From Octopus vulgaris (taxonomy: Eukaryota), in contig OX597820.1 in assembly GCA_951406725.2 (NCBI GenBank), positions 60,140,001-60,204,000 of the forward strand: 64,000 nt of DNA. The letters run 5' to 3'. The notes below the pieces were generated by a model. The model saw only the letters and a list, made by a program, of their open reading frames with translations, was not told the DNA's origin and did no database searches. The number at the start of each line of letters is the position of its first letter. The first letter of the stretch is position 1. The translations under genes and the position numbers were made by a program. Positions 1-13,384 of the stretch are shown piece after piece.

Positions 1-255
1 CGCGCGTCTACGATGAGTCTACGATTTAAAAAAAAAATTACCATCAATTTTTCCCATTTTTAATGCATTTTTGGCATATATAAGGGAAGTAACTCTCTAA
101 AAATTTATTATTAAATCTCAGAACGTAAAAAGCTACAGTAACACCCCCCGTTTGTGGTTAGCCATATTGAGATGGCTATTATACTTTACATCTCTAAAAA
201 TGCTTATATAGTTATTTCCCTTACAAACCCGAGCAACGCCGGGTGATACTGCTAG
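1..255 (+). mobile_element. Helitron 3' end (5' part lies outside the window)
   Basis: GC-rich hairpin CCCGAGCAACGCCGGG at 228-243, then CTAG at 252-255 and a T: the canonical Helitron 3' signature. Confidence 0.75.
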
Positions 256-259
256 TTCA

Positions 260-450
260 GATATAGAATTTCTCAAGAATACAGATGTTGTTGCAGTATT
301 AGTTTCAAATAATGCAAAATCTCAGCGACATATAGCACAAACACAAATTTCACGTCACACTACAGATAGGCAAATATTTTAGATCAGCGCTGATATTGCA
401 GTTAACATGTAAACTGATTTTCTTTTACTTCAACGATTGATGAATCAACT
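260..450 (+). pseudogene. hAT (Buster/Charlie-like) transposase relic, left part
   Basis: Degenerate translation ..QISRHTTDRQI..ISADI....IDEST matches the hAT SRxT.RRI..DEST region; it continues after the LTR element. Confidence 0.6.
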
Positions 451-803
451 GTTTTATAACATGATTTCAGTATATGTCACCTTAGTGTCGTGCACTAATA
501 ACAATATGATATACAGTAGCACTAATAACAGTGTGATAGACAATACCACGGAACGCGGTAGACACCAGCTGTCTCCGCTCGCTGTATTCCCAAATACTCT
601 GCCAACAACTGTAACCAATTCAAATACAACTCTCAACGAACTATAACAACTTTTCAACAATTTCCTGCGACCCACGAGCTCACGAACGACACCTTTCGAC
701 CTCCTGCGATTTCTCATTTCTCGCTCTCAGTCACACACGCTACTACTTATACGAGTTCGGCTAGTCCATTCTCACAGGGGGTGTCATGATCCTCGCCATA
801 ACA
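451..803 (-). repeat. 3' LTR of gypsy element
   Basis: Homologous to 4731-5516; directly follows the PPT; has a short internal duplication of GCACTAATAACA. Confidence 0.85.
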
Positions 804-1289
804 TCTCCCTTTTGAGATTTGACTTCTGTAGGAAGTGCAACTTGTTTGTTAATTGTAGTCTATTTTTTCATCATCCCCTCTCTCTTTTTCTTAGATTTTA
901 ATTTCCTTAGAAGTTTTAATTCTTCTTCTGCTTAGGGACTATTTCTAGTCGTTCTGTTTGTTTACGTTTTCTATTGCTGATCCACCTAGGGTCAACCTCT
1001 TTTGGCGTTGGCGTTGGAATATCGAACAAGTCATATCAAACTTCCATCGGCATTTCTTCTCTTTCTTCGATATGTCTAGTATTCAACTGGTTCAAATGTC
1101 GTTTGTGATCTCCTATTTGACCTTTTATTATGTACATCATACTGCCTATTCTCTTCGTCACTATACCGTTCTCTTAACCTTGTTTTCCATTGTTATCTAT
1201 TTTGAAGTGAACTTTATTTCCCACATTAAAGTACTTTGTTGTGTTTCTTGGGTTTAATTTATCAAAAATTTATTTTATCTTCCGGGCAA

Positions 1290-4200
1290 ACATAAGCTAT
1301 GCGGGCGATTTGCCTGAACCGGTGTTCGAATTAGGTGTTACCCTGTAAACCTTTAAGAATTGAATTAGCGCTGCATCATTGCCTAATTCATTTCCTGATT
1401 TTTTTTTAGTGCTCGCTTAAGTGTGTCTACGTAGCATTCTGCTTGCTCATTTTATCTTGGCTATTACAGCGGAATAGAAATGTGATTGATTGCCTATCTC
1501 TCACAGAAATTTTAAAATTCATACCCCGAAAAACTGCGTTCCGTTATCCGATACTATGGTGTCCGGAGCAAAAAGTTCGTGAAGGAACCTTATTGCTACC
1601 TTCGAGGTTGGTTGACTGCATTTACATATCTCCAGCCACTTTGGTATTACTGTCTACTATGATCAGATAATACGCGCCGCTTACCGGTTCAGAAAATTCA
1701 TATGTAGCCTGGACCACGGACTGTCTGTCTTAGGTCACGATTAGAATTTCACCGGTGGTGACTTTGCTACGAGAGCACAACCTCTGCAGGATTTCACCAA
1801 TTGTTCAATATCACGGTCCATAGAAGGCCAATACACGTAACTCCTCATTACTGATTTCAGTCTTGAAATCCCTGGGTGTCCCATATGAAATTCACTTAAT
1901 ACACGCTCTTGCATTGCGTCTAGCACCACAACTCTTTGTGTGTACATCAACACATTATCATACAGAGAAAAAATGTTTCGCATTTGAGTTACGTATATTA
2001 TTTTCTTTTGCCTTCAACGTTTCTTTCATCTTTGTAATGAATTTGTCATTCCCCGATTTTAATTTTATATCGTGAACAGTTACTGACAGCTTCTTAATGA
2101 CATTGCACAAAATATTTCTATTTCATTTTCCGCTCGCAACGCAGCAATCACGGTATCTTCGAATAGTTCCGTATTTTTTGGAATTACCCTTGATAAACAA
2201 TCCGCATGGCCTAACCTCTTGGATGGTATATACTCCATATCAAAGTCCTAATTCAACAATATAATACCCCAGTGTTGTAACCTATTTGCAGTATGCGTAA
2301 GAATTCCTTTTTTTTTACCCCAAAATTGATAATAATGGTCGGTGGTCAGTTTGTAACCGAAGACTTCTACCGTGCAAAAATATGTGAAATTTCTTCACGG
2401 CAAAAATGACCGCTAGATCTTCTTTTTCAATTTAACTATAGTTTTTCTCTGCCGCTATCTGAGAACGTGAGGCATGAACCATCGCCTTCATATTACTGTC
2501 TTTATATTTGTGTGGCATTACTGCTCCTATGTCGTATTCAGAAGCGTCAGAAGCTACAACAATCTCCGCCGCAGAATCGAAATGAGCCTGCGACAAATCC
2601 GAAATTAATATGTTTTTAATATCGTCAAACGGCTCTTGACAATTATTTGACTAATTCCATTTCACATCCTTTTTTAGCAAATTATTTAGTGGAGCTCTCA
2701 ATTCATTCATAATTTATATATAATTTTGATAATAATTCGGTAGACTTAGTAAAACTTGTAAGGTCGTTATATTAATCGGAGTAGGCATATTTTTGATTGC
2801 GTCTTACCTCGACGGGTCTGGTTGTCGTTCATTCCTGTCGATAATCTGTCCTAAATACTTAATTTTAGTTAAGAAAAATTCACATTTTTCCTTACTCAGA
2901 GTGAAACCGTAATCTCTTATTTTTTCAAAAACGCATTTTACGTGCTCGACATGCTGATCACGAGATTCATTTTTTAATTAATATATCATCAGTCTGTTAA
3001 CATTGCATCCATAACCTGTTGAAAAATTGCAAGTGGGACCTTTAGACCAAATGGTAATCTTTTATATTTATATAGTTCTTCATTTGTTTTCATCGTTTGA
3101 TATTTTGAGCATTCCTCATCTACTCTAATTTGTAGGTACGCATCGGAGAGATCCAGTTTCGAAAATATCTTGCCCCCGTTTAACTTCGCAAAAATATCCT
3201 CCGGCGTAGGTAGCAAATAGTGACACGTTTTCAGACATTCATTCAAGCCAGTGATTTTGTTATTCGTTTTTAATACACACCATTGGAGCTGCCCATTTTG
3301 CATATTCCACTTTTTGGATGACTCCAATTTTCTCTAATCTCTCGAATTCTTCACCGACATGTTTTATCGCAGCAAACAATATCGTTCTTTTTGGTTTGAA
3401 CACTGGTATTGCGTTTTCCTTAATTTCGAAACATGCTTCTGTCTTAGTACACAAACCTAATTTATCCGACAACACTCCAGGAAAAGCATTAAAAAATTTT
3501 TTTCCTGAATTCATCTGACACGTTATTGTTACTGGAAGAACAATTATTTATGTTTTTACAGAAGAGATTTATGGGGAGGCCCCATAAATCAAACAACTCT
3601 ATCCAGTCAGTGCCGAACAAGTTTGTTGCATTTTAAAACACAAACACTTTTGCTTTGCAAGTTTTATCACGAAATGTAAAGTCGCTTACTGTTTCGCCTT
3701 AGAAGTGTAATCTTTCACCTGTGATGCCTCGCGCACTTTTCGATGTTTTCTTTAATGTAGGTTTCCAAATTTTTTTCCACTTGTCGGTATCGATAATTGT
3801 AAAGTCGCTTCCTGTGTCTAGTTGTAGTTTCATGTTCGCGTCGTTTATTTTTATATACACACACTTTCTCTTTTGGGTGTCATCACGACTTTCCGTTGAG
3901 CAAACCTTTTTAGAACAATTTTTTCCGACCTCTTTTACTTCGCTATGCAGTGCGAACCTTTATGTCCTATTTCTCGGCAACTAAAACATTTCCGAGTTTT
4001 AAATCGACAGTCTTTTTTGAAATGCAAACCTCCACATCCATGACATGTATTAGGTCGTAACATTCTTTTTTTTATTTAATCCTGATCGACATGTCTGTAC
4101 TTGAGGGATATTTTTTCTTCAATTTTCTTTACGTCCAGTCGCAAGTTGATAATTCTTTGACATTTCTCTGCTACTGCCTGCGGGGTTAAATTCTGGCCCT

Positions 4201-4640
4201 TCTGTTCTAGTTTTGTAAGAACCCGTGCACGCATTTCTGCATCTTTGTTTGCTGTCAAATCTTGCACAAAGATGAGGCATTTAAATGTCAGGAGATTATT
4301 CCATCAGTTTAGATTTTTCGCACATTTTATTTACGATTTCGGCATAACAGACAAAATTTTCCTCCTCTTCTTTTCTAGGTTCAAACACTCCCAGCGAGTG
4401 TTATGCAGGGAACTCTTATTGCTGAACATTTTGGATAACAATTCAATTGTTTCCTCGAAACAAATTTCATCTGTTTTTTTTTAGGCAAGATAAAATTGCA
4501 GTATTCTTCATGTTCTGAAGGCCCCAGTTTCCGTAACAGTAGTCTCACCTTTTCATCGTCTGTCCAACACTTGCACTCTTGTAGTTGTTGGTACAACTCC
4601 TGTTGCTGCTGTTGCTGTTGATTTTGCAACTGTAATATGT
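1290..4640 (-). pseudogene. gypsy gag-pol with frameshifts and stops
   Basis: Gag WTDDEKVRLLLRKLG; two CCHC knuckles (~3945-4050); protease LDTGSD (~3805-3825); RT FSKLDLSDAYLQI / RLPFG; RNase H SDASEY; integrase HMGHPGI..YVYWP..CRGC. Confidence 0.9.
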
Positions 4641-4730
4641 CAGCTAATAGGTCTTCAATAATTAACGAATTTTTACTATCATAAAAAAACTGTTAATGAC
4701 CAACGTAAACTTCGAATCACTCGTCACCAC

Positions 4731-5516
4731 TTCTATAAGTGGACATCCTCGTCCCTACTTTTGCAACGGGATTACTGTATATGTCACCTTAGTGTCGTGC
4801 ACTAATAATAGTGTGATATATAATACCACGGAACAGGGTAGACACCAACTGTCTCCACTTGATGTATTCCCAAATACTCTGCCAACGACTGTAACCAATC
4901 TAAAACAACTCGCAACGAACAATAACAACTTTTCAACAATTTCCTGCGACTCCACGAACTCACGAACGACACCTTTCGACTTACTGCGATTTCTCATCTC
5001 TTCTCTGATTTTCTATTAGGCACAAAGGCCCGAACGCAGTGGGGACGGCACAAGAACAGACAGAACAATACAAATGGGGACAAAAAAATGAAACGGATGA
5101 ATGAAAATGGATTATAATTAATGAAGGTGCGATGGCTACTCGAACTCGACTCTCGAACAGTACTATTTAACTGTTTTTATTAAAGTTTTTATATCTTTTG
5201 TTTTCTTTTGTAGAACCATGTGTGTAGTCTTTCCCAAAATATTAAAAAGCTCGCTTACGTTTTACCAGTTTCAAATCGCCATAATTCACTATGGGTCTAT
5301 GTTTGCTCCGAACCACTCCTTTAATTTCGCAAATCTTTCCTTGTCCATTAATATACATTTTGTGTTTTCTGTATATTCCTCAGCCGGCAATTTCCCTCTA
5401 ATCACCGATTTGAACTTGGTGAATTTTCGTTCATTGCCTGCAGTCAAACACACAACTACTTATACGAGTTCGGCTAGTCCATTCTAACAGGGGGTGTCAT
5501 GATTCTCGCCATAACA
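4731..5516 (-). repeat. 5' LTR of gypsy element with a ~430-bp extra segment
   Basis: Matches the 3' LTR at ~4778-5005 and ~5441-5516; adjacent to the PBS. Confidence 0.85.
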
Positions 5517-5755
5517 AACTTACATACAAAACAATTAACAACTGGCGGTATTTGTTCGTTATGTCCCTTCTGAGGTAAGAGAAGAGATGTTGGGTTTGGT
5601 TGAATTAAAAGAATCGACTCATGGTGTTGATATAAAAAACGTGTGCTTGACTGAGCCTTAACAAATGCTGCTGTTCCACTGAATAAACTTATCAATGTTG
5701 CAACAGATGGAACTCCTGCAACGGTGTGGTAAATGCAGAATTAATTGCACTGAAT
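5517..5755 (+). pseudogene. hAT transposase relic, right part
   Basis: Degenerate translation QLAVFVRY..EEMLGLVELKESTHGVDIK..LINVATDGTPA, the hAT catalytic-region motif (TDGAPAM-like). Confidence 0.75.
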
Positions 5756-6996
5756 TTGTTATTCTGATTTTCTGAATTCTGTGCATAGGATTTTAGCCAC
5801 ATATTTTCTATCTTTGAAATTTCTTTTACATAAAAAAGAATCCTTGATACTACTGTCCGCTATTTGCAATAAGATTTTTCTTTTTAATTCAAATGAAATG
5901 TTATCGTAAGATATTCGACTGAAATACATTTTCTTTTCACTTGAAGTTTATAACATATTACTTTTCCTTTTTCACATACATTTTGCATTAAGAAATGTAA
6001 GAACGACATTTTAAAATTTCATAAATTGAAATAATATTTTCTTAAAATGAAAATGCATACATTTCGGTTGACAACAAAATGTGTTTTTAGGCTATATGTA
6101 GAATTACATTCATCTGTGACTCCAAAAGTGTTCTTTGGTTGGTGTTTCTAAAAGGTTTAGTAGTCAATGTATTTATGCATTCATGTTTTCCCGAAATGCA
6201 ATAGTAAGAAGTTGAAAACGAAAGTTATAAATGCCACATAGTAGCACGACTTTCAATGAATGTAAAAATGCATACATTACAAGCAATAAAATATACATAG
6301 GGGCAAAAGAAAAAAAAACAATGGCTACTATAAACACTATAGGCCTTAATATCCGAGATAAAGAAGAGAATGTGCAATTTCAAAGAAAAAGAATCGATTA
6401 TTCTGTTCTTTAAAAATAACTGATTGGAAACCTTAACAGAAATTACAGACTGGAACGTTGGGTTTCTCTGCATGGTCACTGAGCCTGTTAGAAATATCAG
6501 TCAAACAATATTATCGCATTACGGAGTCATTGATTAATGTCAACTTAGATATATATAAGCTGTACAGCAAGAGACTTGCTGTCATTTGGGAGAGTAAGCC
6601 TCTTACTTTACTTTTTTAAATCATAACTTTCATTTTCTATCGAAGTAAGACGAACAGAAGATTTTCATTAAATGAATTTTTTGTTTGTTATTTAACATGC
6701 GCGGTTAAGCATTTAGTGATAAACATGCGCAGAACAAAGCTTTTATATGCAGACTTCTCAGTGAAACAAAATACTCTCAAAAAACATGCACAAAATGTGA
6801 TGGTTAAAGTCAAAAATGTAAAATTAATGAAAGTGAGCATTCTTTGGAAAATATATTATAAAAAGTATATCTGTAACGTATAATGCAATAAGAAATAAAA
6901 TTGTTCTCCAGGATTGCGCTCAGTTCCAGAAAATTTCGGACATTAAAACGCATGCGCTAAAGAAAGCCAAGCCAATGGTACTCTTTCAAACTATAA

Positions 6997-7275
6997 AGCG
7001 TGGCCTGGTAGTTAGAGTACTGCACTTACGTTCGCGAGATCGTAGTTTCGATTTTCAAACCGGCTGCGTGTTGTTTCTGCAGGAAAACACTTCATTTCAC
7101 GTCACGCCAGTTCACTTAGCTGTAAATGGATAACCCTGTAACTGACTGGCATTTGATCCAGTGAGATGATAGTCGGCCCGCCTAGCCAGAGGGATGACAT
7201 CTTTCGGAGGCTACAACAAAGAAGTGCATTGTGACCAGCGTTGTGTAACAACATCCAGTAGTATGGTCGATATTC
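6997..7275 (+). mobile_element. tRNA-derived SINE, diverged
   Basis: A/B box-like head and core similar to the cleaner copy at 24317-24649. Confidence 0.65.
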
Positions 7276-7315
7276 TGTGTATACACGTGCACGTACATAC
7301 ATACAAACATACGAA

Positions 7316-7465
7316 CACCACATGGTTCCTGGTATAGTTCTACTGTGTAGCACCTTGGAGAAGTGTCTTCTACTATAGCCTCGGACCGACCAAAACTTTG
7401 AGAGTAGATTTGGTAGACGGAAACTGAAAGAAGTCCTTCGTGTGTGTGTGAGTGCGTGTGTGTTA

Positions 7466-7537
<72 letters not shown>

Positions 7538-7770
7538 GTGAGTATGTGTGTGTGCGTGTCTGTGGCCTTTGTGACTGTGATTGCTCCCTTCTACCACTTA
7601 GTAACCGGTGCGTTTACGTGCACGTAAACTAGCAGTTCAACAATAGCGATTGACAAATAAATACAAAGTTTAAAAAAATAAGTATAGGGCTCAATTCATT
7701 CGCTTAAAAAAATCATCAAGACGATACCCTAGCACGACCGCAGTCTAATGACTGAAACAAGTAAAAGATA
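7316..7770 (+). mobile_element. SINE with internal (TG)n/(TA)n tract
   Basis: CACCTTGGAGAAGTGTCTTCTACTATAGCC core and GACTGAAACAAGTAAAAGA tail, same family as 33871-34275. Confidence 0.75.
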
Positions 7771-7771
7771 T

Positions 7772-8545
<774 letters not shown>

Positions 8546-9148
8546 AAATCCTTAAATCCTTAAAAATGTTTTAGCCCGAAGGCCGCGGCCATGCTGAGGC
8601 ACCACCGCTGAATGAGCTACACTAGTTTGTGAATCCACCTCTGATAGGTGGCACTTGATCAACAAGGGAGTTCGATGCTGCTGCCTGCATCCGCGTCTCC
8701 TGTCGTGAGGTAGGTTCATCTGGGACTCCCAACAAGAGGAGATCCAGTTTAGTTTTAAAGAAACCCACATCCACACCATGTAAGTCTCTCAGGCATTTAG
8801 GAGGATGTTAAAGAGCTGTGGTCCTCTGAAACCCAAGCTGTTGCAGTATCTGGACCTGTATTTTGATGGTGATGTTGGAATCCTTGGCACCACGCAGCGG
8901 CGCCCCGTTCTGCGGTTGGAGTAACTTTGAATGCCAAAATTTGGGACAAGACCCTCCATATTTTCCAGATGTATATCACTGCATATCTCTCCCGCCTCCG
9001 CTCTAGGGAGAAGAGGTTTAATACCTTCAGTCTTTCCCAGTAGCTGATATTAGCTTGCATTGAGACGATTTTCTTTGTGTAGCTTCTCTGAATTGCTTCG
9101 AGTTCTGCTGTTTGTTTTATATTGTGTGGTGACCAAAGTTGGGAGCAG
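8546..9148 (-). mobile_element. CR1/L2-group LINE 3' fragment
   Basis: YCSQLWSP..LEAIQRSYTK..SYWERLKVLNLFSLERRRERY..VPDEP..AASNSL; short repeat tail near 8546-8565. Confidence 0.85.
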
Positions 9149-9711
9149 TAATTCCGCAAACCAGGAGGCATTTACCCTGGACGAATGTTTCATCCATTGT
9201 TTAATGGTAAACCAACCTGATTAAATTAAATCAAGCCAATCTTCCATAGGCCGATGATTCGTCAGTAAGAAAACAGCCAGATCGGAGATATTTTCACCAC
9301 TTCTCTCTCGGCAATATCTGACCTAAAATTTTCAAATCATCGCACTCGCGCCAAATTTATCGGCAGCAAATAAATATAAGCCGCCGATTCCATTACGGAA
9401 TTAACCAGAAAATTCATAATTAATCAATATAGGGTGGCAAAAAATTTTGTAGAATTTTTTTTTGCCACCAGCGGCCTAGTGGGAAAAAAATTAAATAGTC
9501 ATAGACCATTTATAAGTTCAACATCACAATCAAGGAACGGTCATAATAGGCCATTCACCCACTAGAAATAACAGCCAAAGCTTCAACCGCAAAATAACAT
9601 TAATTCCGCAAACCAGGAGAAAATTAAAAAAACATTTACCCTGTAATTGCGGTTGAAGCTTTGGCTGTTATTTCTAGTGGGTGAATGGCCTGTTATTTCT
9701 AGTGGGTGAAT
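9149..9711. mobile_element. Non-coding (TA)n-associated element with a 45-bp inverted repeat (Penelope pLTR-like)
   Basis: Perfect inverted repeat 9548-9592 / 9647-9691; loop sequence repeated at 9149-9179; related to 50328-50495. Confidence 0.55.
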
Positions 9712-10098
<387 letters not shown>

Positions 10099-12429
10099 CA
10101 GTGTGCCCCCTGCTTATTCGCGGTTCGACATTCGCGGTCCAGGTTATTCGCGAAACGAAGAATTGTTCGCGGGAACCACCGTATATTCGCGGAATCGTAA
10201 ATATCGTCCGCGAATTTTAAAAAATTCTTTCGTAGCAATCTCTCTCTCTCTTTCTGTCTTATTATTATTATTACAGTATAGATTACTGTATCTAGCGTTA
10301 ATACTATCTAAATTTTTCCAAACCATCATTATTTTCAATCTCTGTTCAATCTCCCATTATGGTATGCGCATATTAGACGCTAGGAAGAATTTTTGGGAAA
10401 AACTGCATCCAGTAATTGCCTCGAGTATTTTGTTGAATGTTGTTTTTCGCAGCATGTTATTAAAGCCCAAAGATGCCAACCAAACGCCCTACACCTAAGG
10501 CTTCTGGCAGCGAACCTAAGCACTAGTAAAAGGTTCTGACGTTCCATGAGAAGGTACTATTGCTGGATATGCTCCCGGAAAGTAAAAGTTATGCTGCAGC
10601 AGTTCACTGTTACGATGCCAACGAAAGCACTACATACGCTACATACAGAAAAACGAGGTGGCGATCATGTCTACCGTAGCAATAAGTTTCTGTGAAAGTG
10701 CCAAAAAGATAACGACAGTGAGAAATAAGCACTTGGTCAGGATGAACTCTGCCTTGGCATTGTGGATCAGTAACCGCAAGAAGAAAAACATTCCCTTGAG
10801 TGGTAACATCATTCGCGAGAAAGCACTGAAATTATAACAGCAGTTCGACAGAGGAGACGGAGCAGAAGGCATTGAAGAACCGCAACCAAGACCATTGACA
10901 ACACCGGAGCCCAAAGATTTTCAAGTCAGCTAGGGATGGTTTGACTGTTTCCAGAAACGGTTTAAAATAAAGTGTTTCCCTGCATAGAGAGACAGTATCA
11001 GCCGACAAAGAAGCCGCCGAGAAGTACTTTGAGACCTTCAGGCAGATCATCGAGGACAAGGGATACAAGCCGGAACAGGTTTTCAATATGGACGAGACTG
11101 GCTTGTTCTGGAAGATGCCTTGTAGAACGTACATCATGATGGATGAAGCCAGAGCCCCAGAATTTAAGGCACAGAGGGACTGAGTGACGCTAGTTATGTG
11201 TGGAAAGTCCACGAACCCGAGGGCCTTCAAAAATAAGAATAAAAACCTGCTGCCTGTCCACTCGATGCACAACCCCAAGGTCTGGATTACCAAAAGTCTA
11301 ACTTTGAATTAGTTTCTCCAATGTTTTAGCCCTCAAACCAAGGAATACCTCCAAAACGTATGCATGGAATTCAAGGAGTTGCTTGTTATGTATAATCATG
11401 GTGGTAACTCTTTGGATTTAAGTCACTAGGGAGTCCAAATCGAGTTTCTCCCGGCTAACGCCTCCCTCATCCAGCCTATAGATCAAGGCGTGATCTGTGC
11501 CTTCAAGGCACTTTACACTCGGAACTCTATTCAACACCTTGTGGACGCAATGGATTCGGACGAGAATTTTAAGTTAAAGGAATACTGGCGTAACCTCACG
11601 ATCGCAACGTGCCTATTAGTCATCCACGCTGCTCTTAAAGACATGAAAAAAGAAACCCTCATCGCATGCTGGAAGGTGTGTCCAGAGTGTGTCCAGAACT
11701 ACGAGGGCTTCTCACCTGAAGATATTAAGAACGAGGCTGTCAACAATGCGGTGAAACTGACAGAGGCACTTGGAGGCAGAGGTTTTGACATCACGCAAGA
11801 TGAGGTCAACAATCTCATCGATACCCATTTTGAAACCCCGACAGACGAAGATTTGTTGGAGTTAACTATGTCTGCCAGCGAAGAGGAGGAGGAAGCGCCA
11901 GATCCAAAGGAAGAAGAGGATGAGGTGGGCCTGACAATCAAACGTCTGTCCGACCTTTTAAGGACAGCAAAGGAATTGCAAGGGAAGGTGGTAACATAGG
12001 ATCCCTATATGGTTCGGTCTCTCCAATTTAAATATACCAATTTAAATATACCATGCAGGCATATAAAACTCTCCTCACCACGATGAAGAAACAACGACAG
12101 CAATTTTCCATCACAATGTTCCTCGAGCCCACCAAGAAGGCATTGCAGGAAGATACATCCCCTAAAACACCCGAAGAGCTCTAAATCTTCATTGCTGTGC
12201 AGGCATTACCTTCATTATTTTCATCATCATCGTCTTAAATCAATATCATTCATTATTGGTGAGTAACCGTATTTTACTTTACTATTTATTAAATTATTAT
12301 TAAATATTATATATATATATATTTATAATATTTTATGTTATATTTTGACATTTATAGGCATTTTCATGGACCACATTGAATATTCACGGGTGCTCTAGGA
12401 ACGTAACCCCCGCGAATACCGGGGACTAC

Positions 12430-12430
<1 letters not shown>
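10099..12430 (+). mobile_element. Tigger/pogo-family DNA transposon, decayed
   Basis: Imperfect TIRs (CAGTGTGCCCCCTGCTTATTCGCGG ... CCGCGAATACCGGGGACTACT) flanked by TA; CENP-B HTH and DDE_1 motifs FNMDETGLFWKMP and LIQPIDQGVICAFKALY, with stops. Confidence 0.9.
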
Positions 12431-12492
<62 letters not shown>

Positions 12493-12623
12493 TTAGGGAG
12501 TATAACTCCAAACTTACAGGGAAAAATTCAATTTAGTATTAAATCAAATTTCGTTATTTATGTATTGGTTTCTGTCTATCACTGGTTGATTTGCATAATA
12601 GTGGTTTTATCTCTAATTTATAT

Positions 12624-12654
<31 letters not shown>

Positions 12655-12659
<5 letters not shown>

Positions 12660-13384
12660 ATAAGATATTACAATGATATGTTAATATATTAAGATATATT
12701 AAATGCGTTATAATATAGGTGGTTCGTTAGCAATTAAAAACCAAAAAGGAATTAATAAATGAGGGTGGTAAATAGCATCAGCGATTCCTAGAAATGAAAG
12801 TCAACATTTATCTCGGAAAGCCACTTAAACGCCAACCTCATGATATTTACGTGATTCGGGCACAACAAGCTAAACGCTCTTTCCTTTGTAAGATAAACTC
12901 ACAGACTGAATTAGTTGGACAAAGCCTTATCACTTGGTTTCAAAATTTGATCAGAATAATCTTGTTTCTCGTCAAAGGCCTCTACCACTACTCAGGGTTA
13001 AAGAGATAGCCTGCCTCATAATAATTCACGAAAAGAAAAAAACCGTTGATAAGCAACCGCTAAAATTCAAAACGGTTAAAGTTTATATTATCAATACAAT
13101 AAGATATTATAATGATATGTTAATATATTAAGATATATTAAATACATTATAATATAGGTGGCTCGTTAGCAATTAAAAGCCAAAAACGAATTAATAAACG
13201 AAGATGCAAAATAACACCGGTGATTGCTAGAAATGAACTATTATGAGGCAGGCTATGTCTTTAACCCTGACTAGTGGTAGAGGCGTCTGACGAGAAACTA
13301 AGATCATTCTGATCAAATTTCGAAATCATGCGATAAAGTTTTGTCCAATTATTTCGTTCCGTGAGTTTATCTCACAAGGGAAAG
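12655..13384. mobile_element. Non-coding element with direct plus inverted repeats (Penelope pLTR-like)
   Basis: Direct repeat ~12655-12797 / ~13094-13237; inverted repeat ~12878-13023 / ~13239-13384; starts at a (TA)n tract. Confidence 0.55.

Larger units (their letters stand above)
451..5516 (-). mobile_element. Ty3/gypsy (Mag-like) LTR retrotransposon, full-length but decayed
   Basis: Two related LTRs (~451-803 and ~4731-5516, both starting TGTTATGGCGAG on minus); PBS TGGTGACGAG ending near 4729; PPT AAAAGGGAGA at 804-813; AACT duplicated at 447-450 and 5517-5520; gag-pol remnants inside. Confidence 0.9.

Noticed and set aside
437-717. Paired ORFs at 437-717 and 4696-5019
   Set aside because: Incidental ORFs inside the two LTR copies
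6690-6960. Cluster of CATGCGC (NRF-1-like) motifs
   Set aside because: No associated exon or TSS can be supported from sequence alone
13283-13305. CTGACGA-GAAAC hammerhead-like string
   Set aside because: No stem II between the core halves and the inverted copy reads TTGACGA; not a credible ribozyme
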